NCBI GenBank assembly: GCA_018821305.1
Contig: JAHJMN010000189.1
Coordinates: forward strand, 55,115 to 119,114
Direction: 5' to 3'
Origin: Myxococcota bacterium
GTDB lineage: Bacteria; Myxococcota_A; Polyangia; HGW-17
DNA length: 64,000 bases
Shown one piece after another: positions 47,917 to 57,391 of this stretch. How positions within the stretch are numbered: the first letter of the stretch is position 1; every line of letters starts with the position of its first letter. The notes under the pieces are model-generated. The model saw only the letters and a program-made list of their open reading frames with translations. It did not search any database and had not been told where the DNA came from. The position numbers and the translations under genes are program-made.

Positions 47917-48936
47917 TCATGAAAATATCCACCTCAAGTCGACTTCGTCACTGATTGAAATAAGTGCGTTTGCCTTAATTAAGTGGGTAATTATTTTTTT
48001 CCCATCAACAAAAGTACCGTTAGTACTTGCAAGATCAATACACCATAACCCCATTTCATCATGGAGTAAGAGAGCATGAACCCGACTGACATTATTTGTA
48101 AAAGGGAGCTTATGAAGACCAAGTTCACAACGTTCATATCTCCCTATCAGTATTCCACTTGAAAGAACTTTAACACTTAGAGGAATTGAAACATCCACAA
48201 CTCCGGATCGCACTACTAAAAAACCTAAGGCTCTGGGATCCGAAAGATCTATCCTCGTCACATAGGAGGGACCCGTAATCCTTGTTACTCTTGAAACTTC
48301 ACTATGGCTTTCAGTTACCAACTTAAGTCTTTGATTTACTTTTATTTCCGTAGGTTTTCCTTTTTCGTCCATTTCCGTAAAATCTAGGATCCGGTTTTCC
48401 GGCATGGAGTTCCATACTTTTCCGGCATTTTCACCCCATGAAGATCCAGGCTCGATGTAAAACATCATAAACGTATAACGCCCCGCCTGGAAAAAAAGAA
48501 TATTATCGCTCGTCAAACCTCGAACAGTCTTTCCTGTTTCATCATCAAATGCCGTGGGAGTGTTAAGATCAAGTACTTTTACAAAGGGAGAACCCTCTTT
48601 TGTAATACAAACTCGGACAAGAAGGTGGCGCAAACTTAAAAATGGATCTTCTAAAAGACACATCGGACAATTTTCATGTCTTCCAATCACTGCATCATTG
48701 ATTGACTTTGAAATTGTGGGGATGACGAGATATTCCGGTTTAAAACTGATGTTTGTTCCAGCAAATATCAAAAAGGATGGTTTTTCAACAGAGTTTACTT
48801 TTTCCCTCATAAATTCAAAGTGTTTTGTAAAGAAATCAGAGTAGGAAATGCGAGTTCGATTGTAATTGCCCGCAACAACAAACATGGTGCGTTCGTTTAC
48901 TTTTTCACTACTATCATGGGTGTTGTCTCCAGACAA
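47917..48936 (-). CDS. FHA-domain protein
   Basis: C-terminal GRYERCELGLHKLPFTNNVSRVHALLLHDEMGLWCIDLASTNGTFVDGKKI carries the FHA signature G-R...SR.HA...L.D..StNGTfvnG. Confidence 0.7.
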   Translation of the reverse strand: MSGDNTHDSSEKVNERTMFVVAGNYNRTRISYSDFFTKHFEFMREKVNSVEKPSFLIFAGTNISFKPEYLVIPTISKSINDAVIGRHENCPMCLLEDPFLSLRHLLVRVCITKEGSPFVKVLDLNTPTAFDDETGKTVRGLTSDNILFFQAGRYTFMMFYIEPGSSWGENAGKVWNSMPENRILDFTEMDEKGKPTEIKVNQRLKLVTESHSEVSRVTRITGPSYVTRIDLSDPRALGFLVVRSGVVDVSIPLSVKVLSSGILIGRYERCELGLHKLPFTNNVSRVHALLLHDEMGLWCIDLASTNGTFVDGKKIITHLIKANALISISDEVDLRWIFS

Positions 48937-49008
48937 AAAGTACCTCCATTTTGTAAACGAATACTACACCCTCTGGATATGTGTTTGCAATAGAAAGCAG
49001 CGATAAAA

Positions 49009-50409
49009 TTATTTTTTATACTCTGGATTATTGAGGACTCCGGCGAAAATTATATGACCAGTGAGTGTGTCGCGAATGAAGAATACAAATGGCCTATCGG
49101 CGGTAAAGTGAAAAATTTCTTCCTTGATCGGCATTCCGCCCGCTTTCATCATAATAACTGCTGTTGCGGCGGCGGCTTCTGTGCCCTTTTCATCAACATC
49201 AACCCTGGCCTTGTGAATCACGTCCTGGATCTTCAGATCTTCAAAGGCCATTTTTTTGAACTTTGCCATATCAGAAAATGAAACAGGCATCCCGAGTTTT
49301 ATGAGAACTTTTTTAAGAGAAAATCCTTTTTCAAAACTGAATTTAGGAATAGTCACCGAAGTCTTTCTCGATTTCAATCCTGAAATTGCTTTGTTTAATT
49401 TCTCTCCGTCCATTTTTTGAATAAATTTCAATGGTTCAGACCCCTTTTCCGGGAGAGCAATAACCATGGATAATCTTCTACCGGAATATTCCATCTCAAG
49501 AAAATCACCATCTTTTAAAGAGCCTGATTTGAAATAAGCCGTCTGAGTCATGTACCTGACTTTTGTTTTACCGTCAGGCCCATTAAATTTGCCATCCCAG
49601 GAATTAGTCTTTTTGAATTGACTGAGCCAGTCAGCTTTCATATAAATTGCGTTTACAAGTAAAAGTCTTGTATCTTCGGTAATGTGTTCTTTTTTAACTA
49701 AGTCTTTAATGAGTCTGGATGTTTTATCCTCAACCCATTTATTTATGACTCCAACGGCTTTGCCAGGATCTTTGAAATCAAGTCTCTGTATACTGCTTGA
49801 GAAATAAGTGGCATTGAGTTTCAGAAACGGTTCTCTTAACTTGAAAGAATCACTAACAAAAATACGATTTGCTGCCGTAAGTTTGAACTTTCCTTTTACA
49901 TCAGAATAATCATACATATGATTTACAGCAGCAGAATTCTTTTCGTAATCAGCATCAAAACCCAAAACCTTTTCGAATTCCTTTTTCTCACTACCGCTGG
50001 ACCCATTGTAAGTCATGGCCATGGCCGAGAGAATTGAAGCGGGTGAAAAAAACAAGTTAGTTTTCTTATCTTCAAGCAATTTCAAAACATTAAAGGTGAA
50101 ATTTCTGTTTCCTTTTATCGTAGTGTTCAGAGCATCTTTATCTACTTTGACCTTCACACCTGGCGCTACAACCTCTAAAGGCTTTTCTGTAACAGGTTTC
50201 TCAGGCTTTACAGTCTTTTTCTCAACCACAGTTTTTTTGATTTCTTTTTTCTCCACAGAAGTTTTTTCATTTCCATCTTTTTTCAATGTTTTCTCTTCTC
50301 CCGCCGGTGATTTTGATGGTTTTGAACACGCGAAAACCCCAAATATTATCGCAATTGACAAAAATGTTCTTCCCTTCGACATAGCAACCTCCTTTTTTTC
50401 AAAATTCAA
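49009..50409 (-). CDS. serpin (serine protease inhibitor), secreted lipoprotein with K/E-rich N-terminal extension
   Basis: LVNAIYMKADWLSQF. Inhibitory-type hinge GTEAAAATAVIMM. C-terminal FHFTADRPFVFFIRDTLTGHIIFAGVLNNP. Possible alternative start at MSKGRT (50382) giving signal FLSIAIIFGVFAC. Confidence 0.85.
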   Translation of the reverse strand: MNFEKKEVAMSKGRTFLSIAIIFGVFACSKPSKSPAGEEKTLKKDGNEKTSVEKKEIKKTVVEKKTVKPEKPVTEKPLEVVAPGVKVKVDKDALNTTIKGNRNFTFNVLKLLEDKKTNLFFSPASILSAMAMTYNGSSGSEKKEFEKVLGFDADYEKNSAAVNHMYDYSDVKGKFKLTAANRIFVSDSFKLREPFLKLNATYFSSSIQRLDFKDPGKAVGVINKWVEDKTSRLIKDLVKKEHITEDTRLLLVNAIYMKADWLSQFKKTNSWDGKFNGPDGKTKVRYMTQTAYFKSGSLKDGDFLEMEYSGRRLSMVIALPEKGSEPLKFIQKMDGEKLNKAISGLKSRKTSVTIPKFSFEKGFSLKKVLIKLGMPVSFSDMAKFKKMAFEDLKIQDVIHKARVDVDEKGTEAAAATAVIMMKAGGMPIKEEIFHFTADRPFVFFIRDTLTGHIIFAGVLNNPEYKK

Positions 50410-50521
50410 CAGGCATTATTACGCATTGCAATCAGGAAAACTACCCCTCTTTTTTTATTTTTTTATCTTCGTTTCAAATTTGTAGAGAGCTTGAAAAATC
50501 GTAATTCAGGACTGAGACTTT

Positions 50522-51220
50522 TTATTTTTTCAGATAAGATTTATAAACTTTTTGAATTTCCAAAGAAAATCGATTTTCCAACACTTTTCGATTATTCCTT
50601 TTCAGTTTTTCTTCTGTACTATCAATCGAATACAGTGTGTGGGTATCAGAACTTGCCTTTTCAGAAAAATCCATTGATGCATACATGAACCCATTTCTCA
50701 CATCAAACATCCACACGCGGAGTCTACTTTTAACCGTAACATCAAACATGGGTAAAAATAGAGGTGTAACAGGAATAATCGAAGCGGCAACCCAACCATT
50801 TGGCGAAGTTGACCACTCGTGAGTAAGCATTGTTATAAAAACTATATCCGAATGGGCCCGTGCAGCAATAAGACGCAACCTTTTTATATCGATAGGTTTA
50901 GACTCCTCATATCTGTGGGGATGCCTTCGATTATCAACCATTCCAGTGGCCAGCAGTGCAGGAATTTTATATATCTTTCCAGCAAAGGGGTAGGAGGAAA
51001 TAAGTTTTGAAATATCTCCACGCTCCGGACCTGCATTAAATACGGAAATATTTGAAACCGCATTCAGTTGAGGAGAAGCTTCATAAGCTTTTCGGATGTC
51101 ATCATCTGTAATCTGCCTTGAATCATGAGGATCAATTCTAGCGGGAGTATAAACGTCCATTCCTGAGCATGAAGTAACTAAAAATAAAAATAAAATAAGA
51201 ACTTTCATGGCAACCTCCAA
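50522..51220 (-). CDS. hypothetical lipoprotein
   Basis: Lipobox LFLVTSCSGMD; 232 aa; no motifs recognised. Confidence 0.45.
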   Translation of the reverse strand: MEVAMKVLILFLFLVTSCSGMDVYTPARIDPHDSRQITDDDIRKAYEASPQLNAVSNISVFNAGPERGDISKLISSYPFAGKIYKIPALLATGMVDNRRHPHRYEESKPIDIKRLRLIAARAHSDIVFITMLTHEWSTSPNGWVAASIIPVTPLFLPMFDVTVKSRLRVWMFDVRNGFMYASMDFSEKASSDTHTLYSIDSTEEKLKRNNRKVLENRFSLEIQKVYKSYLKK

Positions 51221-51245
51221 TAATTCGTTATCCTGACAAAGTTAA

Positions 51246-51396
51246 TAGTTCGTGTCCGGAAATTCGCTTCGCGAAGAATTTTATTAAAAATTCTATCCGG
51301 CCACTACCAGTAAATTCAACACCTTGCGGTTACTGTCCTGAGCAAAAAATCGGCGAAAAATTTGATTTTGGTTATTTCAGGACAGTAACTAAATAG
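51246..51396 (+). mobile_element. MITE-like intergenic repeat (modules A, B, C), first of three abutting copies
   Basis: tagttcgtgtccggaaattcgcttcgcgaagaattttattaaaaattctatccggccactaccagtaaattcaacaccttgcggttactgtcctgagcaaaaaatcggcgaaaaatttgattttggttatttcaggacagtaactaaat. Confidence 0.75.
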
Positions 51397-51575
51397 TTCG
51401 TGTCCTGAAATTCAATTTTGGTCAAAATTGAGCATGTTTACGAAAACATGCTATTCAGAACACTATAATAATTTCAAGGTCTTCATTCTTAATGTCCTGT
51501 GCCTTAATTCGGCATAAACTTGAAAAGATCGTATTTCAGGACATTAACTAAATAGTTCGTGTCCTGCAAAGAACC
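51397..51575 (+). mobile_element. MITE-like repeats, second copy (module E: ttcattcttaatgtcctgtg...atcgtatttcaggacattaacta) plus a third truncated terminal repeat
   Basis: agttcgtgtcctgaaattcaa...cttcattcttaatgtcctgtgccttaattcggcataaacttgaaaagatcgtatttcaggacattaactaaatagttcgtgtcctgcaaag. Confidence 0.65.
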
Positions 51576-51628
51576 AAAACGGTCAACAAAGAATAATGTT
51601 CAAAACTAATTTACTTGATTGAAGAAAT

Positions 51629-52036
51629 TTATAAGTCTTGCGGAAAATGCGGATTTACCGAACCGCAACTGAGACACCTTTTTTTATGCATACACAGTAA
51701 CTCATTACACTCCGAACAAGTCCAATGTTGTGCTTCCTTGTCCAAAAAGGCAGCAATTCCGTTTAATTTAATAAAATTCATATTTTCAAAATTGTTCACA
51801 CCATACCGATTAGTATACCGTTTATTAAGATCTTTCAGGCGCCGGCATGGAAAGTCCCTGCAATCATTACAGAAGTAAATATCTCTTCGTTTATCGCAAC
51901 GCACTATTTTGCAAGTTCTGCAATAAAGGAGTGAGCTTTCGTCAAGTCTGTCAATAAAACTGCATCCGGGGCATGTGTTTTTTTTGCGCTGATGACCGCT
52001 ACACAAACTGCAGTTAATACCACATGGAGATATCAT
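51629..52036 (-). CDS. Cys-rich DUF3795-like protein (putative metal-binding)
   Basis: CGINCSLCSGHQRKKNTCPGCSF...CRTCKIVRCDKRRDIYFCNDCRDFPC...CSECNELLCMHKKRCLSCG. The track ORF extends to 52129, overlapping the upstream gene; the internal Met at 52036 avoids the overlap. Confidence 0.5.
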   Translation of the reverse strand: MISPCGINCSLCSGHQRKKNTCPGCSFIDRLDESSLLYCRTCKIVRCDKRRDIYFCNDCRDFPCRRLKDLNKRYTNRYGVNNFENMNFIKLNGIAAFLDKEAQHWTCSECNELLCMHKKRCLSCGSVNPHFPQDL

Positions 52037-52070
52037 TTCTTTAACAATCACAAAATTTGACCTATTTTCT

Positions 52071-52730
52071 TTATGACGCCTTGGCTTTTGGCCATGGGCC
52101 TCTTTCTGTAGCTGGAGATCCATAAACAATTACCCGGGAAGAAACATTTTTTAATACCAGTGATCCGGCTCCGATCATTGATTCCTCCCCAATCTCTTTT
52201 TCCTGAATGATAATTGATCCTGCTCCAAAAAATGAAAGTTGACCTATTTTTACCCCACCACAAACGGTTGCACCAGGGGCTATGTGCACGAAATTACCGA
52301 TGCTACAGTCATGATCTACCGATGCATTAGTATTGATTATAACTCCGTCGCCCACAGAACTTCCGGGACCAATTACTGCTCCAGCACAGATGCAGCAACC
52401 GTTTCCAAGTCGCGCAGAGGGTGAAACCACCGCAGATGGGTGAATCACCGTCATTATAGGAATATTATTAGCCCGGAAAAGCTCGAAAAGTATTTTCCTT
52501 ACCTGCCCATTTCCCACGGCAATTACAGCAGCATCAAAGGGGTAAGGCTTTTTTACTAAAAGTGCTTCAGACCCGAAAAGTGGGCGTCCAAGTACCATCT
52601 TTGATTCATGATTTTCCTCCCGATCCATAAAACCTGCAACGGGTATATTCCTGATCGCAAGAATTTCATGAACTACACGGGCATGCCCGCCTGTGCCATA
52701 TATTACAACACTTGGATTATCCTTAGACAT
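52071..52730 (-). CDS. sugar N-acetyltransferase, NeuD/PglD family (left-handed beta-helix)
   Basis: N-terminal VVIYGTGGHARVVHEIL Rossmann-like start, then hexapeptide repeats (IGNGCCICAGAVIGPGSSVGDGVIINTNASV). Confidence 0.75.
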   Translation of the reverse strand: MSKDNPSVVIYGTGGHARVVHEILAIRNIPVAGFMDREENHESKMVLGRPLFGSEALLVKKPYPFDAAVIAVGNGQVRKILFELFRANNIPIMTVIHPSAVVSPSARLGNGCCICAGAVIGPGSSVGDGVIINTNASVDHDCSIGNFVHIAPGATVCGGVKIGQLSFFGAGSIIIQEKEIGEESMIGAGSLVLKNVSSRVIVYGSPATERGPWPKAKAS

Positions 52731-52750
52731 TATTGACTCCGCGGATTCAG

Positions 52751-52812
52751 TAGTTTGTGTCCTGTGTTAAGATTTGACTTAAACTTCAAAGAGGGTTTAC
52801 AGGACATCAAAA
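52751..52812. repeat. MITE-like minimal repeat
   Basis: tagtttgtgtcctgtgttaagatttgacttaaacttcaaagagggtttacaggacatcaaaaac. Confidence 0.55.
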
Positions 52813-52849
52813 ACTTAGACTACATGAAATTTGAAAACTCACAAGAGCG

Positions 52850-54346
52850 TCATTTGCGTGGGGCAGGCTTCATAATTTTGGGTTTAATTGTGGACTTCAT
52901 TGGAGGCGGCATCTGCTCGATGATCTTTTTTCTAAAAGTGAGTTCAATATCAACATTAGAATCCACTTCAAAATTCTGTGATTGGTTATCATACCCTTCC
53001 CTGTACGCACGAATCAGAACTGCAGTACCCTTGGGAGCACGAATTATAAAGGGAGCTTTCTTTCTTGTTTCAACCTGTTTTCCATTAAAAAATACATCAA
53101 CTTCCACATCGGGACTTCTGGATATAATTGATATTTCTCTCTTTCCATCATCAACTTTCTTTTTGACTTTTTCAACCTCGTACTTAACATCAGTTTCCTG
53201 TGGAATTTCCTGTGGTTGAGAATTGGATTTTGATGCATTGAGATGAGAAACAACTTTTTTCCAGATAAACCAGCCGGCGGTAGCCCCAGCCCCTAAAATT
53301 AGCAGTAGACCCAAAATAAGCCATACTCCGCTGTGATCCGAAGGTTTAGTATAAACTCCACTCTCCTGATTGACATTATAACCCTGCCGGATTTTACGGA
53401 GATCATCATCAAGGTTTTCTTCTTTTCCTATATTGACAATTTCTGCAATCAGATCAGGGCTTACTAAAGCGGCTGCTTCTTTAAGTTCTTCAAAAAAATC
53501 CGTGACCGAATTCTGACGTTTCAGCGGATCTTTCTCAAGGGTGCGATTAATTACTTCACACACTTTTTTCGGTAAGCCTCGTGTAACCTTTTCCAGTTTG
53601 AGGGGAGGCTCGCTCACCTGCTTGAATAAAAGCTCTCGAGGATTTTTTGCATTTATAGGAAATTTGTCGCTTAGCATCTTGAAAATCATGACACCAAGCG
53701 CGTAGATATCGCTGGCGGGGCCAATTTCCTCGACACTACCCGAAGCCTGTTCAGGACTCATATAAAGCGGAGTTCCCATAACCATTCCTCGGGAGGTCGT
53801 ATATTTACTTTTGACATTCCCGCCTAACAGTTTTGCAATACCAAAATCAAGTATCTTGACGTCCAGTTTTCCGTCCTGCTCATCTACAAATATATTGTCC
53901 GGCTTCAAATCCCGATGGATTATGCTGTGATCATGCGCTGACTGCAGTCCGCTTGTGATTCCCTTCATGATTTTGAGAGTCTCTCTCAAACTCATGGGAG
54001 CACGTTTTTTTATCAGTTCTGCGAGTTCAACGCCTTTTAAAAGTTCCATCGTGAAGTAAGCACGACCATCCTCAAGTTCCCCAAAATCATATATCTGTAT
54101 AATATTAGGATGATTAATCAGATTGACCGCACGAGCTTCAGCATTGAAACGCTTGACCATTTCCTCGTCCTGAGAAAGGGAAGGATCAAGAACTTTAATC
54201 GCCACTTCTCGTTCAATACTTGGATGTTTTCCAAGATAAACATCACCGAAAGCGCCGGATCCTATGAGCGAATGGACCCGGTAATTGCCAATAAATTGAC
54301 CAATAAGTTCATCCTGTTCGTCTGAATGTTTTGAATCAGTAGTCAT
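52850..54346 (-). CDS. Hanks-type Ser/Thr protein kinase with TM helix and extracytoplasmic C-terminal domain
   Basis: GSGAFGDVYLGKH (G-loop), AIK (catalytic Lys), HRDLKPDNIF, DFGIAK, SPEQ. TM helix VWLILGLLLILGAGATAGWFIW. Start overlaps the stop of the upstream radical SAM gene. Confidence 0.85.
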   Translation of the reverse strand: MTTDSKHSDEQDELIGQFIGNYRVHSLIGSGAFGDVYLGKHPSIEREVAIKVLDPSLSQDEEMVKRFNAEARAVNLINHPNIIQIYDFGELEDGRAYFTMELLKGVELAELIKKRAPMSLRETLKIMKGITSGLQSAHDHSIIHRDLKPDNIFVDEQDGKLDVKILDFGIAKLLGGNVKSKYTTSRGMVMGTPLYMSPEQASGSVEEIGPASDIYALGVMIFKMLSDKFPINAKNPRELLFKQVSEPPLKLEKVTRGLPKKVCEVINRTLEKDPLKRQNSVTDFFEELKEAAALVSPDLIAEIVNIGKEENLDDDLRKIRQGYNVNQESGVYTKPSDHSGVWLILGLLLILGAGATAGWFIWKKVVSHLNASKSNSQPQEIPQETDVKYEVEKVKKKVDDGKREISIISRSPDVEVDVFFNGKQVETRKKAPFIIRAPKGTAVLIRAYREGYDNQSQNFEVDSNVDIELTFRKKIIEQMPPPMKSTIKPKIMKPAPRK

Positions 54347-56103
54347 CGGGTCCTGTGCCTCCCTGAAGGCCTGACCTTTTTACCATGATTTTTCTCAGGA
54401 ACAAGAAGATATCTCTGCTGGAGTTTTCCTTTTGGAGTTTTCTCCACGAAAACGCTCTCTCCAGTTAAAGGATTTATCCCCGTATGGAACATCACCGATG
54501 AAACCGTAAGGGGAAGAGGAATAAAATCCTGAGCCTGTTCGGAAGTCAGCCCTTCGCCCCGAAGAAAATCCACCGTTTTTTGCATCGCTGCATAATCACT
54601 TCCAGGGTGGGAAGACATTATGTAGGGAACTAGAAACTGTTCCTTCTTTTTATATTTCTTGAATAATTTTAGAAATTTTCTGAACTTCGAATTGGAGGGT
54701 TTATTCATGAGGCGAAGAACATTGTCATCCACGTGTTCCGGAGCAATTTTAAGAATACCGCTCACATGGTTTTGACATAGAATTTCCATATATTTTTCAT
54801 CTTCCATGGCCAGATCATATCTGAGGCCGCTACCTATAAAAACATGCTTTACCTTCGGAATATTCTGGACTGACTGATACAATTTCACCATGTGTGAATG
54901 ATCACAATATAGATGGGAACAGATTTCGGGGGTAAGACAACTCACTTTCCTGCATCCATTCTTTTTACCGTCTATTTTACAGTATAATCCATACATATTT
55001 GCGCTGGGACCACCAAGATCCGTCACAGTACCATGAAAATCGGCGGAATTCGCCAAATCCTTAACTTCCGAAATTATCGATGCGGAAGATCTGGATTGGA
55101 TTGTGCCACCCTGGGTAATATATATACTGCAGAAATTACATCCCCCAAAGCACCCGCGGTGCGTTTGCACACTCCATTTAACCGTTTCCAGAGCTGGAAT
55201 TTTTTCTTTGTAGGAAGGATGGGCTTTTCGAGTAAAAGGCAGACTGTAGATTTTATCAAGAGTTTCTTCAGACTGGGGCAAAGCAGGTTTGTTATGCTTC
55301 AAAAAGCGTTTGTCATGCAATTGCCAGAGGGTTTTTCCCATCCAGGGGTTCTGATTAGCATAAAATAAATTAAAAGCCTTGATAAAATCAGTTTTTGAAT
55401 TGCGGCATTCTTCAAGGGAAGGAAGTACATCCCCAGGACCAGCCTCACTTTCCATAATACAGATTCCGGCCAAATCAGAGCATTCTTTAATTATCAACCG
55501 TTTATCACCACCAAATCTGCGAGCAGCGGCGGCAATTCCGGATAACTGACTTTCGGCATTTCCATACACAAGAATATCAGCTTTAGAATCCGGAAGAACA
55601 CTTCCCCTCACTGAATCGGACCAGTAATCATAGTGCGCTATCCTGCGGCAGGTACTTTCGGTTCCCCCAATTACAACACAGATATCTTTCCACGCACTTT
55701 TAACCAGAGATGTATATGCAATTACTGCCCGATTTGGACGAAGTCCATGTTTTCCTCCGGGAGTATAAGGATCATCGTGACGTAATTTTCCTGCGGCGGT
55801 ATAGTGGTGCAGCATGCTGTCCAAATTTCCGCTGGATACAGCTGCAAAAAGTCCCGGTCTACCCAGGCTTTTTACCGATGAAGTGTTTTTCCAATCTGGT
55901 TGAGCTATTATTCCCACAGTGTAACCCAGACTTTCCAGCCATCGTCCGATCAGTGCGGCACCAAATGATGGGTGGTCAACATAAGCATCACCAGAAATAA
56001 TAATTATATCAAGATATTGCGATTCAGGATTAAAATCGGAAAGATTTCGGATATATCCTGAATGAATCAGATCTTCGGTTGTCATGGGGAGATGTTGCGG
56101 CAT
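54343..56103 (-). CDS. YgiQ-family (UPF0313) radical SAM protein
   Basis: CxxxCxxC radical-SAM cluster motif HRGCFGGCNFCSI. N-terminal B12-binding-like region. Length and architecture typical of YgiQ. Confidence 0.7.
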   Translation of the reverse strand: MPQHLPMTTEDLIHSGYIRNLSDFNPESQYLDIIIISGDAYVDHPSFGAALIGRWLESLGYTVGIIAQPDWKNTSSVKSLGRPGLFAAVSSGNLDSMLHHYTAAGKLRHDDPYTPGGKHGLRPNRAVIAYTSLVKSAWKDICVVIGGTESTCRRIAHYDYWSDSVRGSVLPDSKADILVYGNAESQLSGIAAAARRFGGDKRLIIKECSDLAGICIMESEAGPGDVLPSLEECRNSKTDFIKAFNLFYANQNPWMGKTLWQLHDKRFLKHNKPALPQSEETLDKIYSLPFTRKAHPSYKEKIPALETVKWSVQTHRGCFGGCNFCSIYITQGGTIQSRSSASIISEVKDLANSADFHGTVTDLGGPSANMYGLYCKIDGKKNGCRKVSCLTPEICSHLYCDHSHMVKLYQSVQNIPKVKHVFIGSGLRYDLAMEDEKYMEILCQNHVSGILKIAPEHVDDNVLRLMNKPSNSKFRKFLKLFKKYKKKEQFLVPYIMSSHPGSDYAAMQKTVDFLRGEGLTSEQAQDFIPLPLTVSSVMFHTGINPLTGESVFVEKTPKGKLQQRYLLVPEKNHGKKVRPSGRHRTR

Positions 56104-56111
56104 TTAAAATT

Positions 56112-57242
56112 TTAGAGCTCGCTGGTTTTAACCATACTGAGAAGAATTCCAGGACTGTGAGATCCAAGAAAAATGCTTTCCGTCAGAAAACTTCCGGAAA
56201 CAGTTTTGACTTCAAAGCCACAGGACGTGACAAGAGACTTCAGTTCCCCGAGGGACCAAGCCCTTACAAGGATCTTATGATTTCGCTGTCTTCCGTTCAT
56301 AAAAGCAGTATTTCTTTTAATCTGAACTCTGGATTCGTCATGAATAAAATAACTTTCATCCATAACCATACAGCCGTTTCCTTCCCACCATATTCTTGAC
56401 GGGAGTATGCTCACTGCAAAATCCCGATTTACAGCGTGAATAATAGCACGTCCGCCAAGTTTGAGATTGCGGTTAAGAAGTCGGATTATTTCGTTGTTTT
56501 CTGCATCGGTGAAGTATCCGAATGATCCTCCAATGCAATACAGGGCATCAAATTGAGTCTGAGAGATAAAATCTCTCATGTCTTTTTTAATAAAATTTAC
56601 TGCCGTGTTAAGTTCTTTAGCTACCTGAGATGCCTGCAGAAGGAAAGGAACCGAAGTATCAATCCCGGTAACATCACAACCTTTTGATGCCAGAGCAATA
56701 GCATGACGACCGTCTCCACAGCCAATGTCCAGCACTTTTTTCCCAGTTTCGAGAGCCAACTCTTTCATCAGAAAATCGACTTCCAGCTCCGTTATAACCC
56801 GGGAAGGGGATTTCATCGTCAGAAGATACTCGTCATCAAAAAAATTATCACTCCAACCGGATTCTTTCTTCACGGGCATCGGAGGAGGTTTTTTCTCTCC
56901 CGTTGGAATTGCCGGCGGTTTTGGAGGTGGAGGAGTTGGAGGAGGCTTTGTCTGTTTTTCATCCCCCGACTCTTCTTCAATTTCTTCAATTTCTACTTCT
57001 TCCTCATGGGTAGAAGGTTCATCTTCCTCCACATCTTCCGCATCAATTGCAATCTCTTCTGAAATCTCCCGGGGGGATGATAGCAGATCATCCATAGTTA
57101 CGGGTCTAAGCGAATAGCCCATAAACCCCGTCAGAGAATTGAAAATATGGACATCCCGGCTGTCATCGAGATCCACACCCAGTTTTGACAATTCTTCCTT
57201 ACTATAAAGGTTTTTCTCCATATGCCCGCCCTTTTGCTGCAT
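56112..57242 (-). CDS. class I SAM-dependent methyltransferase with acidic and Pro-rich N-terminal linker
   Basis: Motif I VLDIGCGDGRHAIALASKGCDVTGID. Linker EDVEEDEPSTHEEEVEIEEIEEESGDEKQTKPPPTPPPPKPPAIPTGEKKPPPMP. Confidence 0.7.
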   Translation of the reverse strand: MQQKGGHMEKNLYSKEELSKLGVDLDDSRDVHIFNSLTGFMGYSLRPVTMDDLLSSPREISEEIAIDAEDVEEDEPSTHEEEVEIEEIEEESGDEKQTKPPPTPPPPKPPAIPTGEKKPPPMPVKKESGWSDNFFDDEYLLTMKSPSRVITELEVDFLMKELALETGKKVLDIGCGDGRHAIALASKGCDVTGIDTSVPFLLQASQVAKELNTAVNFIKKDMRDFISQTQFDALYCIGGSFGYFTDAENNEIIRLLNRNLKLGGRAIIHAVNRDFAVSILPSRIWWEGNGCMVMDESYFIHDESRVQIKRNTAFMNGRQRNHKILVRAWSLGELKSLVTSCGFEVKTVSGSFLTESIFLGSHSPGILLSMVKTSEL

Positions 57243-57391
57243 AATAACAAATTAGGTTTTTAAAAACAAAATAAAAAACAGCCGGACACAAACTCTTTGT
57301 AACCTGTGAGAAAAATCAGTTCAATTTATATAGGATGACACAGCTTGTTTCCACCTTACTGCTTCCGGGAATAAAAGGATCGAAACAAGGC

